A stretch of 64,000 nucleotides of DNA. Origin: Takakia lepidozioides. Its lineage: Eukaryota > Plantae > Bryophyta. Below the pieces are notes generated by a model. That model saw only the letters and a list, made by a program, of their open reading frames with translations. It was not told where the DNA came from and did no database searches. The position numbers and the translations under genes were made by a program. Positions 1 to 11,936 of the stretch are shown here, piece after piece. The stretch lies in NCBI GenBank assembly GCA_030704615.1, contig CM060734.1, positions 59,210,001 through 59,274,000 of the forward strand. The letters run 5' to 3'. Every line of letters begins with the position of its first letter. The first letter of the stretch is position 1.

Positions 1-698
1 GTCGATGCAGCTCATGTAGTTATTGAGAACACTGGGAGTCATGCTAGCAATCAGCACCTGCTTCCTGGGGCGCTAGTAGTATCGCTGGTCGTTGCATGAA
101 ACTATGCACAATTGTTACTATGTAGTTGTTTCGTATGTGCTTCCAAATCTGGTCTCAAACTGTAGGCAATTGTTCCGAAGTGGGTGGAGTAGGTTGACTG
201 TCCCCCAACCTTGAACTCCAACATGAACAAACCGATGTTTTAGTGTGAGGCAGTCGTGCAAATCCAATTCATGCCGCATGGGATTAGATCTTGGTGGGTT
301 ACGGCTAGTTTTCAACAATATTCATGAAGCAGCACCACAAGAAACATAAAAACATGTCCAATTTAAGATACTAAAGAAAGTTGTGCACAAGGGCTGCCCC
401 TCAAGGTCGTTATGAATCCTATTCACTTTCCTTCGGAGAAGCTCCACCACCTACACCAGAATTAGGATAGCACTCTGATTTCCTCCCAAGTCAGTAAAAA
501 TACCCCCTGCTCCAGTCAAGTGCAATCATGTGCTGACTTCCCACCTAGACCCCATTGCCATTTCCTGTGAATATGCCAAAGGAAATGCCCTCAACAGTAC
601 ATCAAGGTCAATATTCTCAGGAAATGGTGGATAATCTGAGCAACTACACAGATCAAAGAATGAAGCAAGCACTCGCACATTTCCAGAAGAACGTAGTT

Positions 699-1110
699 TC
701 ACCAGTAATCCCCACAAGAACAAACCCCATCTTCAAAGTGGTGAAAGCGGTTAGCGTCCCGTACCACAATTGCTCGGCCAACAATCTTTGAGATGAACTT
801 AGTGGAGGTATGGCAGTCACCACACACCCCAAGATTCTTGATGAGACGGAGAGGCGTACTAGGGGCCGTGCTGATCAGCCCAAAACCAATGGCCAGCTTC
901 TCACTGTGGTGGCAAAGAGCAAAATCCTTTTGCTCCTCCCCCACATCAGGCAATACAAAGCGCATGTCAGGCACATACCCTGCCTCCTTCATCTGCCCAG
1001 ACAATCTTCGCAGCTCAGCATGGATTTCCACAATTTTGGGATGCAATTTGTCACCCACAACAAAGGTGTGCACCCTGTTGCCCACCTCAATGCAGCAGTG
1101 ACCTGGCTCC
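699..1110 (-). other. DYW cytidine-deaminase domain (PG type)
   Basis: KEPGHCCIEV...GYVPD...CHHSEKLAIGFGLI...KNLGVCGDCH...RDANRFHHFEDGVCSCGDYW-stop. Confidence 0.95.
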
Positions 1111-1589
1111 TTACTAGCCCCTCTGACCATCATCATTTTTCTCACCTTTGCACTATCGTCCCACCTGCCAGCTGCACCATAGATGTTTGATAGCAGCACA
1201 TAGGTCGCAGCATCCCCTTCATCCCACTTGAGAATAGATGTTGCCGCACGTTCAGCCATTTCCACATTGCCATGGATGCTGCAGGCACCAAGCAAGGCCG
1301 TCCAAACCACAGCATCCGGTTTGATTGGCATTTTATTAATGAGGTCCTCTGCCTCATCCAATCGCCCCGCACGTCCAAGAAGGTCCACCATGCAGCCAAA
1401 GTGTTTTACTGTCGGAGTGACACCATGATCTTGACTCAGGGAATCAAAGTAGCGTCTTCCTTCATCCAGTAGGCCAACATGCCTGCATGCAGAGAGAACA
1501 GATATAAAGGTGATACTGTCCGGCTTCAAGCCTTCCATTTGCATTCCTTCAAATAATTGCAGGGCCTCCCTATGACAAGGGCATATCCT

Positions 1590-3400
1590 GCAATCATCCC
1601 GTTCCAGGACACCACATCTCGTTCAGCCATATTGTCGAACACTCCCTTTGCATCTTCAATGCTTCCACATTTGGCATACATGTCCACCAACGCAGTGTTC
1701 AGAATGACATCTGGTACGATTCCAGCTCTTACGATGTCACCATGAACCTCTTTGCCCTTTTCCAGAGCTGCCAGGCTTGCACAGGCATTGCAAATGCAAA
1801 CAAATGTGATGTGGTCGGGCTTCACTGCTTCCCGCCTCATTTGCTCATAGGTCTCCAAAGCCTCCATCCCGCACCCCTGTTGTGCATATCCTGTGATCAT
1901 CGCATTCCACGACACCACATCTCGTTCAGCCATATTGTCAAACACTCGCTTTGCGTCCTTGATGCACCCACATTTGGCATACATGTCCACGAGGGTATTG
2001 TTCAGAATGACATCTGGTACAACTCCAGCTTTGACAATGTCACCATGGACCTCTTTGCCCTTTTCTGGGGCTGCCAGGCTCGCACACGCATTGCAAACAC
2101 AAATAAATGTGATGTGCTTGGGCATCACCCCTTCCCGCCTCATTTGCTCATAGGCCTCCAGAGCCTCCATCCCATGCCCCTGTTGTGCATATCCTGCGAT
2201 CATCGCGTTCCATGACACCACATCTCGTTCAGCCATATTGTCGAACACTCCCTTTGCATCTTCAATGCTCCCACATTTGGCATACATGTCCACCAGGGCA
2301 GTGTTCAGAATGACCTCTGGTACAATTCCAGCTCTGACAATGTCAATATGGACCGCTTTGCCCTTTTTTAGGGCTCCCAGGCTCGCACACGCATTGCAAA
2401 CGCAAACAAATGTGATGTGGTTGGGTTTCATCCCTTCCCCCATCATTTGCTCGTAGGTCTCCAGAGCCTCCATCCCGCGCCCCTGCTGCGCGTATCCTGC
2501 GATCATCGCACTCCATGACACCACATCTCGTTCAGCCATAATGTCAAACACCCCCTTTGCATCTTCAATGCTCCCACATTTGGCATACATGTCCACCAGG
2601 GCAGTGTTGAGAACGATATCTGGTACAATCCCAGCTTTGACGATCTCACCATGGACCTCTTTGCCCTTTTCCAGGGCTGCCAGTCTCGCACACGCATTAC
2701 AAACGCAAATGTGCATATCCTGTGATCATCGCATTCCACGACACCACATCTCGTTTAGCCATATTGTCGAACACTCCCTTTGCATCCTTGATGCACCCAC
2801 ATTTGGCATACATGTCCACGAGGGTATTGCTCAGAATGACATCTGGTACAATTCCAGCTCTGACAATGTCCCCATGGATCTCTTTACCTTTTTCCAGGGC
2901 TGCCAGGCTCGCACATGCATTGCAAACACAAACAAATGTGACGTGCTTGGGCTTCACCCCTTCCCACATCATTTGCTCGTATGTCTCCAAAGCCTCCATC
3001 CCGCGCCCCAGCTTTGCATACCCTGCGATCATTGCGTTCCACGACACCACATCCCGTTCAGACATATTGTTGAACACCCCCTTTGCATCTTCAATGCTCC
3101 CACTTTTGGCATACATGTCCACCAGGGCAGTGTTGAGAATCACATCTGGTATGATCTCACCATGGACCTCTTTCCCCTTTTCCAGGGCTGCCAGGCTCGC
3201 AAACGCAAACAAACGTGATGTGGTTGGGTTTCACCCCTTCCCGCATCATTTGCTCATATGTCTCCAAAGCATTCCTACCACACCCATGCTTGGTAAATCC
3301 TGCCATCATTATTTTCCACGAGACCAAACATCGTTGAGGCATTCTGTTGAACATTTGCTGAGCATCCACGATGCTCCCACACTTGACATACATGTTGACA
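1590..3400 (-). repeat. 303-nt tandem repeat encoding P-L-S PPR triplets
   Basis: gacaccacatc recurs at about 1608, 1911, 2214, 2517, 2740 and 3043, with a degenerate copy at 3320. Spacing is 303 nt except where 80-nt and 26-nt deletions shorten it. Confidence 0.95.
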
Positions 3401-6308
3401 AGGATGTTGTGTAGAAAAACGTTTGGCTTGAATCCACTTTGGATAATTTGAGCATGCACCTGCTTTCCAGCTTCCAGGCCTTTAATCTTGATGCACTTGA
3501 GCAAGAGACAGACGTAAGTATCTGAATCTGCTGAAATGCCTCCTCGGTGTAAAGCCTGTAGAGACTCTTTCAGTCGCCCTGCCTCGCATAGCATCCTCAC
3601 ATGCCCAGAAGAGGCATTGTGGACTCTCTCCCTTGGTCCTCTTTTGGAAGCTGTGGTCATGGTAGAGGTGCCTGATTCTACCAACTGTGCTTCCACTGCC
3701 ACTGCTGCTTCCAGTTGACCATCAACCCATGCAGGTTTCCTGTAGCTATTGATCCACAGGGAATCAAAGGTAATTTTGTGCTTGAAATCCAGCCCTCTTG
3801 GATGAATCTGGACCCACACTCCATCCCTGCTCCTTCAGCCCTGCCTCTGCAAAATCCATGTATAGATCCTCGCCATGTCGCTGGCAGCTGACAATGACAA
3901 CCTAGATTTGTTCTAGCAGACACCCCAACCTATGCTGAATTGCTCCCTGGAGGGGAGAGCATGACAATTTCATACAAAGCTTTGCATTGCATCTTGTTGT
4001 CTTCTTCTCTCTGTAATCTAACAGGCATTCACCTTTTTGCCGCGATTGTCCCACCATTGACTGCGGTCGGAAAAATATTTATTCCAATGCTTCTCCTTGT
4101 CTCTGTTGTCTGTTTTTGGATGCTTTCCTGTTGCCACATTGGCAGTAACATGTCAAACTCACTGAAACCACCATAGATCCACCCAACTAGCTTACCTGCA
4201 GAATTCAACATGAAAAAAGGACAATTCTGATAAGAGGGAAAAACAGGCTGAAATTTGTTGAAGAAGAAAGTGCCCTCACCACATTGTCCTTGACCTTGTG
4301 TCATGAAAGCAGGTAGCTTTTCTTTCACCCATGGAGAATTCAACCGACCATCAACCCAAAAGGACGTCTTGGCTGTGTTGCTTGTGTCTGTAGTCAAATG
4401 ATCTCGGATTGGTCTGTGAGGAGAACCACCACGTGCAGCTGAGAAGCCACTCGGCCTCCTAAGACCAAGCTGACTTTCTAAATACCTTGTAAACTAAGCA
4501 CCAGGGAAAATACCAAATCATACTACTAACAGGAAGAGTCCACATTTGCAGGATGGACAAACTTCTGCACTGCATATATTAAAAAAGCCACACCTTGCAA
4601 TTGCGGTTGTCCCACCATTGTGAAGGATCTGTAAAAAGTTCAGGCCAGCTCTGCTCCATGCTCCACAGTAGACCTTTGTGCCGAAAAATCCAATAGAATC
4701 ACATTTTGACAAGTTCCTTTATGGAGGAGCGCTAATGCGCTTTCAACAACATTCGTGCGAGTCAATTTCAGCTCCATGGACTACACCCAATCCGAACATG
4801 TCCAAACTCACACAGATGCTAAACCAGCTTATGTCTGTAGTCTGGAGATTTTGGAGTGGTCTGTGAAAACGAACAGGGAGCAACTGAGAAGCCACAGTTC
4901 TCAACCCTCCCAAGGACCTTGCAACTCCAGGGACAAGACCTCGCGCATCCTACTTTCATGCCCTGCTCAGGAAGAACAACCTACGCTACGGACAGTAAAA
5001 GCAGTTTTGTAGAGCAAAGCGAGAGTCTAAAGAAAGCTCACCTTGTCAAGGCTTCTGTCCCACCATTCTAAAGCGTCGTTAAAGAACTTCTGCCATGCTC
5101 CAGCGTTGACCTACGCGCCAGATATACCGATTATCGGTCTTGTCTAACGATCCCGTACGCTTTCTTGCTTCTTTGCCCAGAGTACACTCGTTCTGCTGAA
5201 TTGCGCAATAGACAATTCCGAGCCTGGATCCGGCGGCGCATACATACAACACAGCGCCCCCCTAAAGGAAACCGCCCAGTGTTTCGTGTTATTACCTAAT
5301 TTGAATGGCATCCCTGAAGGCGCCATAGCCACCACATGCAAGGGACTCCGTCCTCTACGCATCCCCGCTTTCAGCTCCACAGCCCAGTCTTCTAATCCGC
5401 TGCCAGATGCGAGGCCTCTCGCATGACCTAAGCGAAAGGACAGTACCTTGGGTATGGAGTGGACATACTCGTGCAAGAGAAGGCGGGAAGACGCTGCCAT
5501 CCCCGCCTGTGAGTGAGAAGGAGGCAGAAAGGATGTCCCCGATGCACGAACCGAGCATGCTCCTCTCCATCAACCTGTTAGAATTGAGCAAGAACATGAA
5601 CAAGAACTAAAGTCTTGGTCACTTCCACTACGGTGACCATCCACCTTCTAAAGGTGAGTTAAACAAGTTAGTCTCTTAGACTTCTAACCCTTTGGCCTTC
5701 AAGACTCTTAGTCTTCTAGATATGTTTAATTACTTCTAACACAACCCACATGCAAGCTTGCGTCCTCACTGTCTGTGTAGCATCGTTTGACGCAGAGCTA
5801 GGAAAGGCAACTGTTGCAAAGTATGTAATACGTTGTCTCGATTGGCCTTGCTATCTTGGAAGGGTTCTTTTCAATGCCTTGCTCAATGAAAGCTGCTGCG
5901 AGGGGATTGGAAACCCACTCTGATGTAGGAAAAAAATTAAGAGTGCACTGTATGACCAGTTGGTGCATGGAAAGGATCAGCCCACCCTCGGTTTTCACAT
6001 CGACATTCTCTTCTGAATCCATGCTATGATCTTCGAGGTGCATTTTATATGCATCACGGAAGTTCACATCTCAACGAGTGCAGCTGACAACCCAAATAAC
6101 ACAAGCTGGCGGAGCTCAATTGATATATTTAAATGTAGTCATGGGAAGTAAAAGAATGTCGGACTTTACAAATACAAGTGTCAAATGTCGAGTCCCAGCA
6201 TTTCTCTACAGAATGTCCACAATTTGGACAATAGAAAATCCTCGGATTACGCATCAATCTGTACAGTGTACATCGTCCCGATGATTACTAAGTCTGATGG
6301 CTTGCAAG

Positions 6309-7548
6309 TTATATTTGTCCGAAGACGGGGGCATGGAGGTACAGCTCGGTGACGATGAGAGAGAAGAACCCGATCATGGCAAGACGACCATTCCAGCGCT
6401 CAGCCCTGGCGTTGAAGGGACCGAAGCTTCGGGCGTCGGTGGATTCTCCATTCATGATTGGCACCAAGGACGCGTATGTGAGCAGTTGCACAGCAATCAA
6501 GAAATATATGAGGCCGGTAGTTCCGGGGTTGAACAACTGCTCCGGCACTGTCAATCCGGTCATCTTCTCCGCAACAGCCGCCCACACGAATCCCACCATA
6601 GCCTGCAATGTGCCACCGAAAGAGCTTTCAGCTATAGACCTTACTGTATAGAAACAAACTGGATCGCAGAAACTGTAAGCATTAACTGTGTCAAGCATTG
6701 ATGTCAGACGGGTGTAATTTATTCAGCTATGTACGAACCTAGCACTTCTGCTGGATTTGATCACAGGAGTCGATCTGAGAATCCACATCTTCCTTGCAGT
6801 GATCCATTTGAATTGGTAATTAACTTGTGGAAACCGTTGCGCACACTAAATGATTTTAGGAATCACGATCCAAAATTTTTAAGTGAAGTCTGCATCTTTT
6901 GTCATGCTCAAAACCAACTTCCCGCTCCACTATCCCGCGTGCATATAATGTGGGTGTCTATAGAAGATGGAAGTGAAAGTTTGAAGATCGACGGAAGATT
7001 CAATGTTGACCTTCATGTTGAGAAGTCGGTCGTAAAAGAGGCGATTACAGTCACTACATAAAGCTCTAGACAGTTCATCGGGACACCGCTGAATTGTGAG
7101 GGACTAGAGACGAGGACAGCTTAAAAAGACAGCTTACCAAACGTCCATTGATTGTCTCGGGTGCGGCTCCATCGAAGGCAAACACGCTTGAAAATCCCTT
7201 GCTTCCTGTCTCGGGCCTCCTCTCCACTTCAGGGCGTGGATAGAGCGACCCAGAGTTTGGCGTCGCTCCAAACACTGACCGCTTCTCCGATTCATTAGTT
7301 TCTTGGTTGGTAAGTATCTCATCCCCGGTAATGTCTTTCTTGGTGACCTTGTCGACTGCGTCCTTCACACCTGCCAATGGTCCCTCACCAGCCTCGCACC
7401 GCACTCTTCCGGCAAGGGAGGTCAGTAACCTGGGAGATCCTGCAGCTAACCGTGCGCTTCCTCGTTTGCTAAACCTAGTGGACTGGATAGGCAATGCCTG
7501 GAGGCCTCCAAGCTGCGCAGTAGCAGTGCGCGACATTGTGGCTGCCAT
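6309..7548 (-). CDS. ELIP: Early light-induced protein (three-helix LHC-like), 2 exons, ~234 aa
   Basis: Exon 1 7548-7138 (transit peptide...FAFDGAAPETINGRL|gtaagc). Exon 2 6602-6309 (ttgcag|AMVGF...SLVPIMNG...AERWNGRLAMIGF). Both chlorophyll-binding ExxNGRLAM motifs are present. Confidence 0.93.
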
Positions 7549-7784
7549 CTGCTCAAGTCAGACAACAAATGCAGAGCTGCAAATGCTGGATCGAGGCAGG
7601 TAAGTGAGGAGAGTGACTTGTTGAAGGTGACGAGCAGAGAAAGTGCAGACGGGGAGTAGCAGTCGAAGAATGTTGCGGTGGATGTTGAGAAGAGTCGATG
7701 CGTTGCAGTGAGACAAGCACAAGTATATGTAAGTAGAGTGTGAGGAACCGGTGACACCAACGTACTTTCCAGATCACTTGGTTG

Positions 7785-8166
7785 ACGTGTCACGGAGTAA
7801 GGAATCCAACACGCACAGTGTGTGCACTTTCACGAGAGTGAGAAAACGGACGGTCCTGTCTCGATCGATGGATTCACTTTCGTTGCAAACATTTTCACAC
7901 GTATCCGCCCAGTTTTGCAGAGGCTGAATGTTGAGGAGGAGAGCGGCCACGTAGCGTGTAATACTTTACACGTGGCCCGCCCCGCATTTTAGTGATTGCT
8001 GGACTGTCTCTCCAGTTATGAAATGTGGGTTGCAGTAGCCCCCATTTGTAGGGTTTGTTGCGTGGATGCTTGTGTTCTGATTCGTTGTTTGGAGCACAGC
8101 TCGCTTGGCTTGATAGAAAGAGGTCAGATCTCGGAACGCTCACCAACACAGCAACGACACACGTGC
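7785..8166. promoter_or_regulatory. Cluster of ABRE/G-box ACGT elements upstream of ELIP
   Basis: ACGTGTC 7785-7791, GCCACGT 7946-7952, CACGTGGC 7969-7976 and CACGTG at ~8160, all within 250-620 bp of the ATG. This fits the known ABA, light and desiccation induction of ELIPs. Confidence 0.55.
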
Positions 8167-8439
8167 TTTACCGATCCAAAGGGGTGGTGAATATAAACCG
8201 GTGCTCATGAACGGCTACGATAGCGCCATAGATACTTGTGATCCCACTGATCAGCGGCAGTTTGCTTTAGTTTTTCAACATTGGCAATTCAGTACTGTCC
8301 GATACATAGTACACAACGACTCCTGCAGCCATGGTGAAATTGCTCAAGGCTCATGTTAACCGGCCAAGCACAAGGTGCTTATAACTCAGTCCCTAGTGGG
8401 AAATGTACCCATGAATAGATATTCCCTTGGAGATAGAAT

Positions 8440-9000
8440 GCATAGATCTAGAATGGGAAGTTATGTCCTCGGGACTTGAATGCAAAGGGAAATAAGGAGG
8501 GAAATAAATAGTCTAGGGACTTCAAAGAGGAAGATTCTATCTTAAAATGCATAGGGAAAGAAAGAGGGAAATTATATTCTAGGGATTTCAAGGAGGGAAG
8601 TGACTTGAATGCAAAGGGAAAAAGTCCGGGAAATAAATATAGTCTAGGGACTTCAAGAGGGGAAATTACATCCTAAAATGCACAGGGAAAGAAAGAGGGA
8701 ATTATATTAGAGGGATTTCAAGGAGGGAAGTGACTTGAATGCAAAGGGAAAAAGTCTGGGAAATAAATATAGTCTAGGGACTTCAACAGGGGAAATCACA
8801 TCCTAAAATGCAAAGAAAGAGGGAAATTATATTAGAGGGATTTCAAGGAGGGAAGTGACTTGAATGCAAAGGGAAAAAGTCCGGGAAATAAATATAGTCT
8901 AGGGACTTCAACAGGGAAAATCACATCCTAAAATGCATAGGGAAAGAAAGAGGGAATTATATTAGAGGCATTTCAAGGAGGGAAATGACTTGAATGCAAA
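8440..9000 (+). repeat. ~130-bp purine-rich tandem repeat, left arm
   Basis: gacttgaatgcaaaggga at 8473, 8602, 8732, 8857 and 8987 (periods 129, 130, 125, 130). Confidence 0.95.
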
Positions 9001-9704
9001 AGGGAGAACAGGACGAGTGATGGAGGCCGAGGAAGACGAGCTCCGCGTCCCACGGTGAGGGCATCGGCTTCGCAGGCTGCCTCCGAGACTCCATCACCAT
9101 AAGTTTAAGACCTCAAGCAACCTCGTACAGGGCACCTTCCATGAACCATGGCATCATTCTGCTTATCATTATCCCAAAACTCGCACTGGATGGCTCCCTC
9201 AAATCGCTTCTTTTGAATCGTCTTCCAGATGAACTCGTCCTTATTCATCCTCGCGACATGCGTGGAAGTCACATCTCTTAACTTCCCTTAAAGCACCGCC
9301 GCCAAGCCCCCAAGACTCCTTACCACTTCACCTGGAAAAGCCCCCCTCTTCCAATCACTAAAAGACGCAGGCCACCCAAGTAATGATCCCCGACAAAAAC
9401 TAGCTACAGCCACCACACAGCCACCCTCACTAATCAAACCATTGTCTACCCAACTGCTCCCTCCGCTAGACTGATCAGCACCACCCTTGGCGGATCTTCG
9501 CTCCGTCTTAAGTTTCATCTTCGTTATCACCCTCGCTTCAGCTGCTGATCTTCATCGCTTCAGCCATCACTACTCTAGACAGCGATTCTAGTGCTTGTTA
9601 CTCTACCCATTCAATCTCTAATTCTCTCTCCCCCGTAGTCTCCTTCTCTCTCACTTAACGCCTTTTACTCTCCATCTCTTTCAGCTCCAGTCCCCAATTG
9701 CTCC

Positions 9705-11936
9705 ATGGCTCCATTCCTCAAAGCCTCCAACTCTTCTTCCTCTCGCTCTCGATTCCCCAGGTTTACCGATCCTCGACACCTTCACCCCTCGACATGTACA
9801 GGCTTTTATATGGCTCATCAAATCCACTCTATGGGCCTCAGCACACAGGGTCTCTCCCTGGTTCCCCGAAACACCATCCCCACCTCCCAAGTCTTCAACG
9901 ATCCGCCCTCGAATGGCGCCCTCGTTGCAGGGCCATCCTCGTTCCCAGCTGCCTCCCCAGACAACCAAGCAGTGATCCAGGAGGAATCTCTTTACGACTC
10001 AGACGCCCTGCAGATTGCAATTAAGAAAGATCACCCGATGGTACCCGTTCAGCTTGCTCACATGGAGTCAAATGTTAACCACATCGAAAGTAAAGGAGTT
10101 CTTCTTCACTTTCCTGAAAAGAAGGTAAACATGAACCAAGCGCGAGACTGGGCTATAACGCATCTGGGGGGTTCCGGGGATTTGAATCATCACTTCTGCC
10201 ATGCACAAGGTCGAGGATTCTACTCCATTCTATTTGACACCGAGGAAATGGTAGACAAGGCCAGGGCATTCAACCCACATCTGCATGGTTTCAATGTGAA
10301 CATTTTTCCATGGTCTAAATGCATGGGCAACAGGAACGGTGAGATTTGGACCCCACGGATAATTGCTTTGCCATACATTCCGGATCAGTACTTATTCTGC
10401 CTTCCAGAAATTGGGAATTTTTTTGGAGCCTTTTTGGGTTGTCTTGGAGTATTTCACCCCGGGATGAGCACTGCCTCACTAAGGGAGAACCCGGCATGGA
10501 GGAGGGGCACCATTGCATCTAGGGCAAATGAAAATGGTTTTGCAAAAAATCGTGGTCATGATGCCAAAAGATAAAGTCTTACCAGAATTCATCAAACTCC
10601 CAATCAACAACCAGGGCAACTACTTTTCAGTTAAAGTGTCCAAGGACACAACAGTAGCAGCCTGCTTTTATTGTGGGATGTCAGGACACATCAGAGCGGA
10701 TTGCCCAAAAGCAAAAAGGAAGAGATCAAACAACTACAACTAGGTGCCTGCAAACTCTCTCATTATTCAAGACAAGGCTCCAACTTCAGACCCACACTTG
10801 GAGGTTCCTCCTGCAAAGGCCCCCACTCCGGAAAATGCCATCCCAACTCCAACTTCGGTCTCTTCTGGACAGCTCGAAGATTCGGCAGTCCAACAAATCT
10901 CTCCCTCACCACCGGCAAAGAGGAGGAGAGAGACTCTGGACCCCATGATCTTCGAAGCAACTACGGCTACTACATCCACATTCCAGAAAAATAAGGGAGC
11001 ACTCGTCAGGGAATTTGCTTCTGCAAGCATCCAGGGCTCTTCCTCTACTACAACTCTTATCGCAGATCCCAAAGCTCCGCTTTCTTCAGCACCTCCCACC
11101 CATGTTATCCCCCAGATAATCAGATGGGAGATGGAGCAGGTGAAGAACAGAGGAAAAGCCTGCCCCAACATCCTGAAGAGGCCCCCACTGCAACAAGCTT
11201 CCTCTCCACCTCCCCGCCCATCCCCCATCGCACACAACCCAACTATTGCCAAAATATGCGGGAAACTCTGCTCCCTCCCCTCGTTGTATCTCAAAGGCTG
11301 CTCTCAACTAACCTTCAACTCTGATCCAGCTGCCACCTGCCTGACCCCTATGATCTTCCGTAGAAAACCCTTTCCTGCCTTTCACGTCGTTGCCAGGGAC
11401 AAAATGAGTTTCGAATCTATCTGGATGACTGTTCATGATATCCAATCATTTGTTACCAAAAGCCCTATGGACAGCGGCCCCATCCCAACACTGTGTGCCA
11501 AACTGCAGGCCTACCTTCGCTCCCACCTTCCCCCCTACTCCCTGACATCTCCATCAGCTGTTACTTCGGGAGGGGAGCCTATGTGGAGGCTTTCCCCCGC
11601 CTTCGCCAAAACCTCTCTCCCAACACCAACATTTTTGCACTAATTGATGAAGAATCACTTCTCAGCAATGGCACCACGCTCCCAAGTGTTTGGGCAGATC
11701 CAGACCACTTCCATGGCCCCTGCGCTCCAAGTAAGGCCCTTACCAGGGCAACGGACACTCTTAGCAATGCATTCACGATTCTACATGCAATTCTGGAAAA
11801 GGAGGTGGACGAACAAAACAAAGAAATTGAAAGACAAAGGATGGTGGACTGCATCAACCCGACCTACTCCCCGTTTGGATCCCTCTCCACATCTAGCTCC
11901 TCAGATTGGCAAATGTCTCAATTTCTCACTCAGTAA
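9705..11936 (+). pseudogene. LINE ORF1 (gag-like; zinc knuckle CFYCGMSGHIRADC) with long C-terminal extension
   Basis: DUF4283-like segment (GRGFYSILF...FPW...ALPYIP), frameshift at ~10520, knuckle at ~10660-10705, TAG at 10741-10743 after which the same frame stays open to 11643, then a second frameshift. Confidence 0.8.

Larger units (their letters stand above)
699..5500 (-). pseudogene. Disrupted multi-exon gene: presequence + 3 OSB-type PDF motifs + PLS-class PPR array + E1/E2 + DYW deaminase
   Basis: ATG at 5500 (MAASSRLLL...HARGLAS). Exons 5110-5042, 4860-~4770, 4673-4594, 4413-4280, 4127-4033 and 3807-699 have GT-AG boundaries. The last exon holds a PDF half-motif, then ~23 P/L/S repeats (VVSWNAMIAGYA / HITFVCVCNACA / VILNTALVDMYAKCG), a PG box, HSEKLA...CGDCH and terminal DYW. 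Frameshifts at ~4380, ~3200, ~2710 and ~1580, and a TAG at 4819-4821. Confidence 0.85.

Noticed and set aside
699-1110. U-to-C (DYW:KP type) editor
   Set aside because: It has a PG box, HSE and terminal DYW, which is the C-to-U type.
1540-3215. PPR frameshifts explained by introns or programmed frameshifting
   Set aside because: Sequence is missing relative to the repeat consensus rather than added, and there are no GT-AG pairs or slippery sites at the breaks.
793-3718. Many long plus-strand ORFs over the PPR gene (e.g. 2541-3218, 2722-3414)
   Set aside because: They are antisense shadows of the repetitive PPR coding strand.
8440-9000. CRISPR-like periodicity
   Set aside because: Whole units repeat with no unique spacers, the context is eukaryotic, and there are no cas genes.
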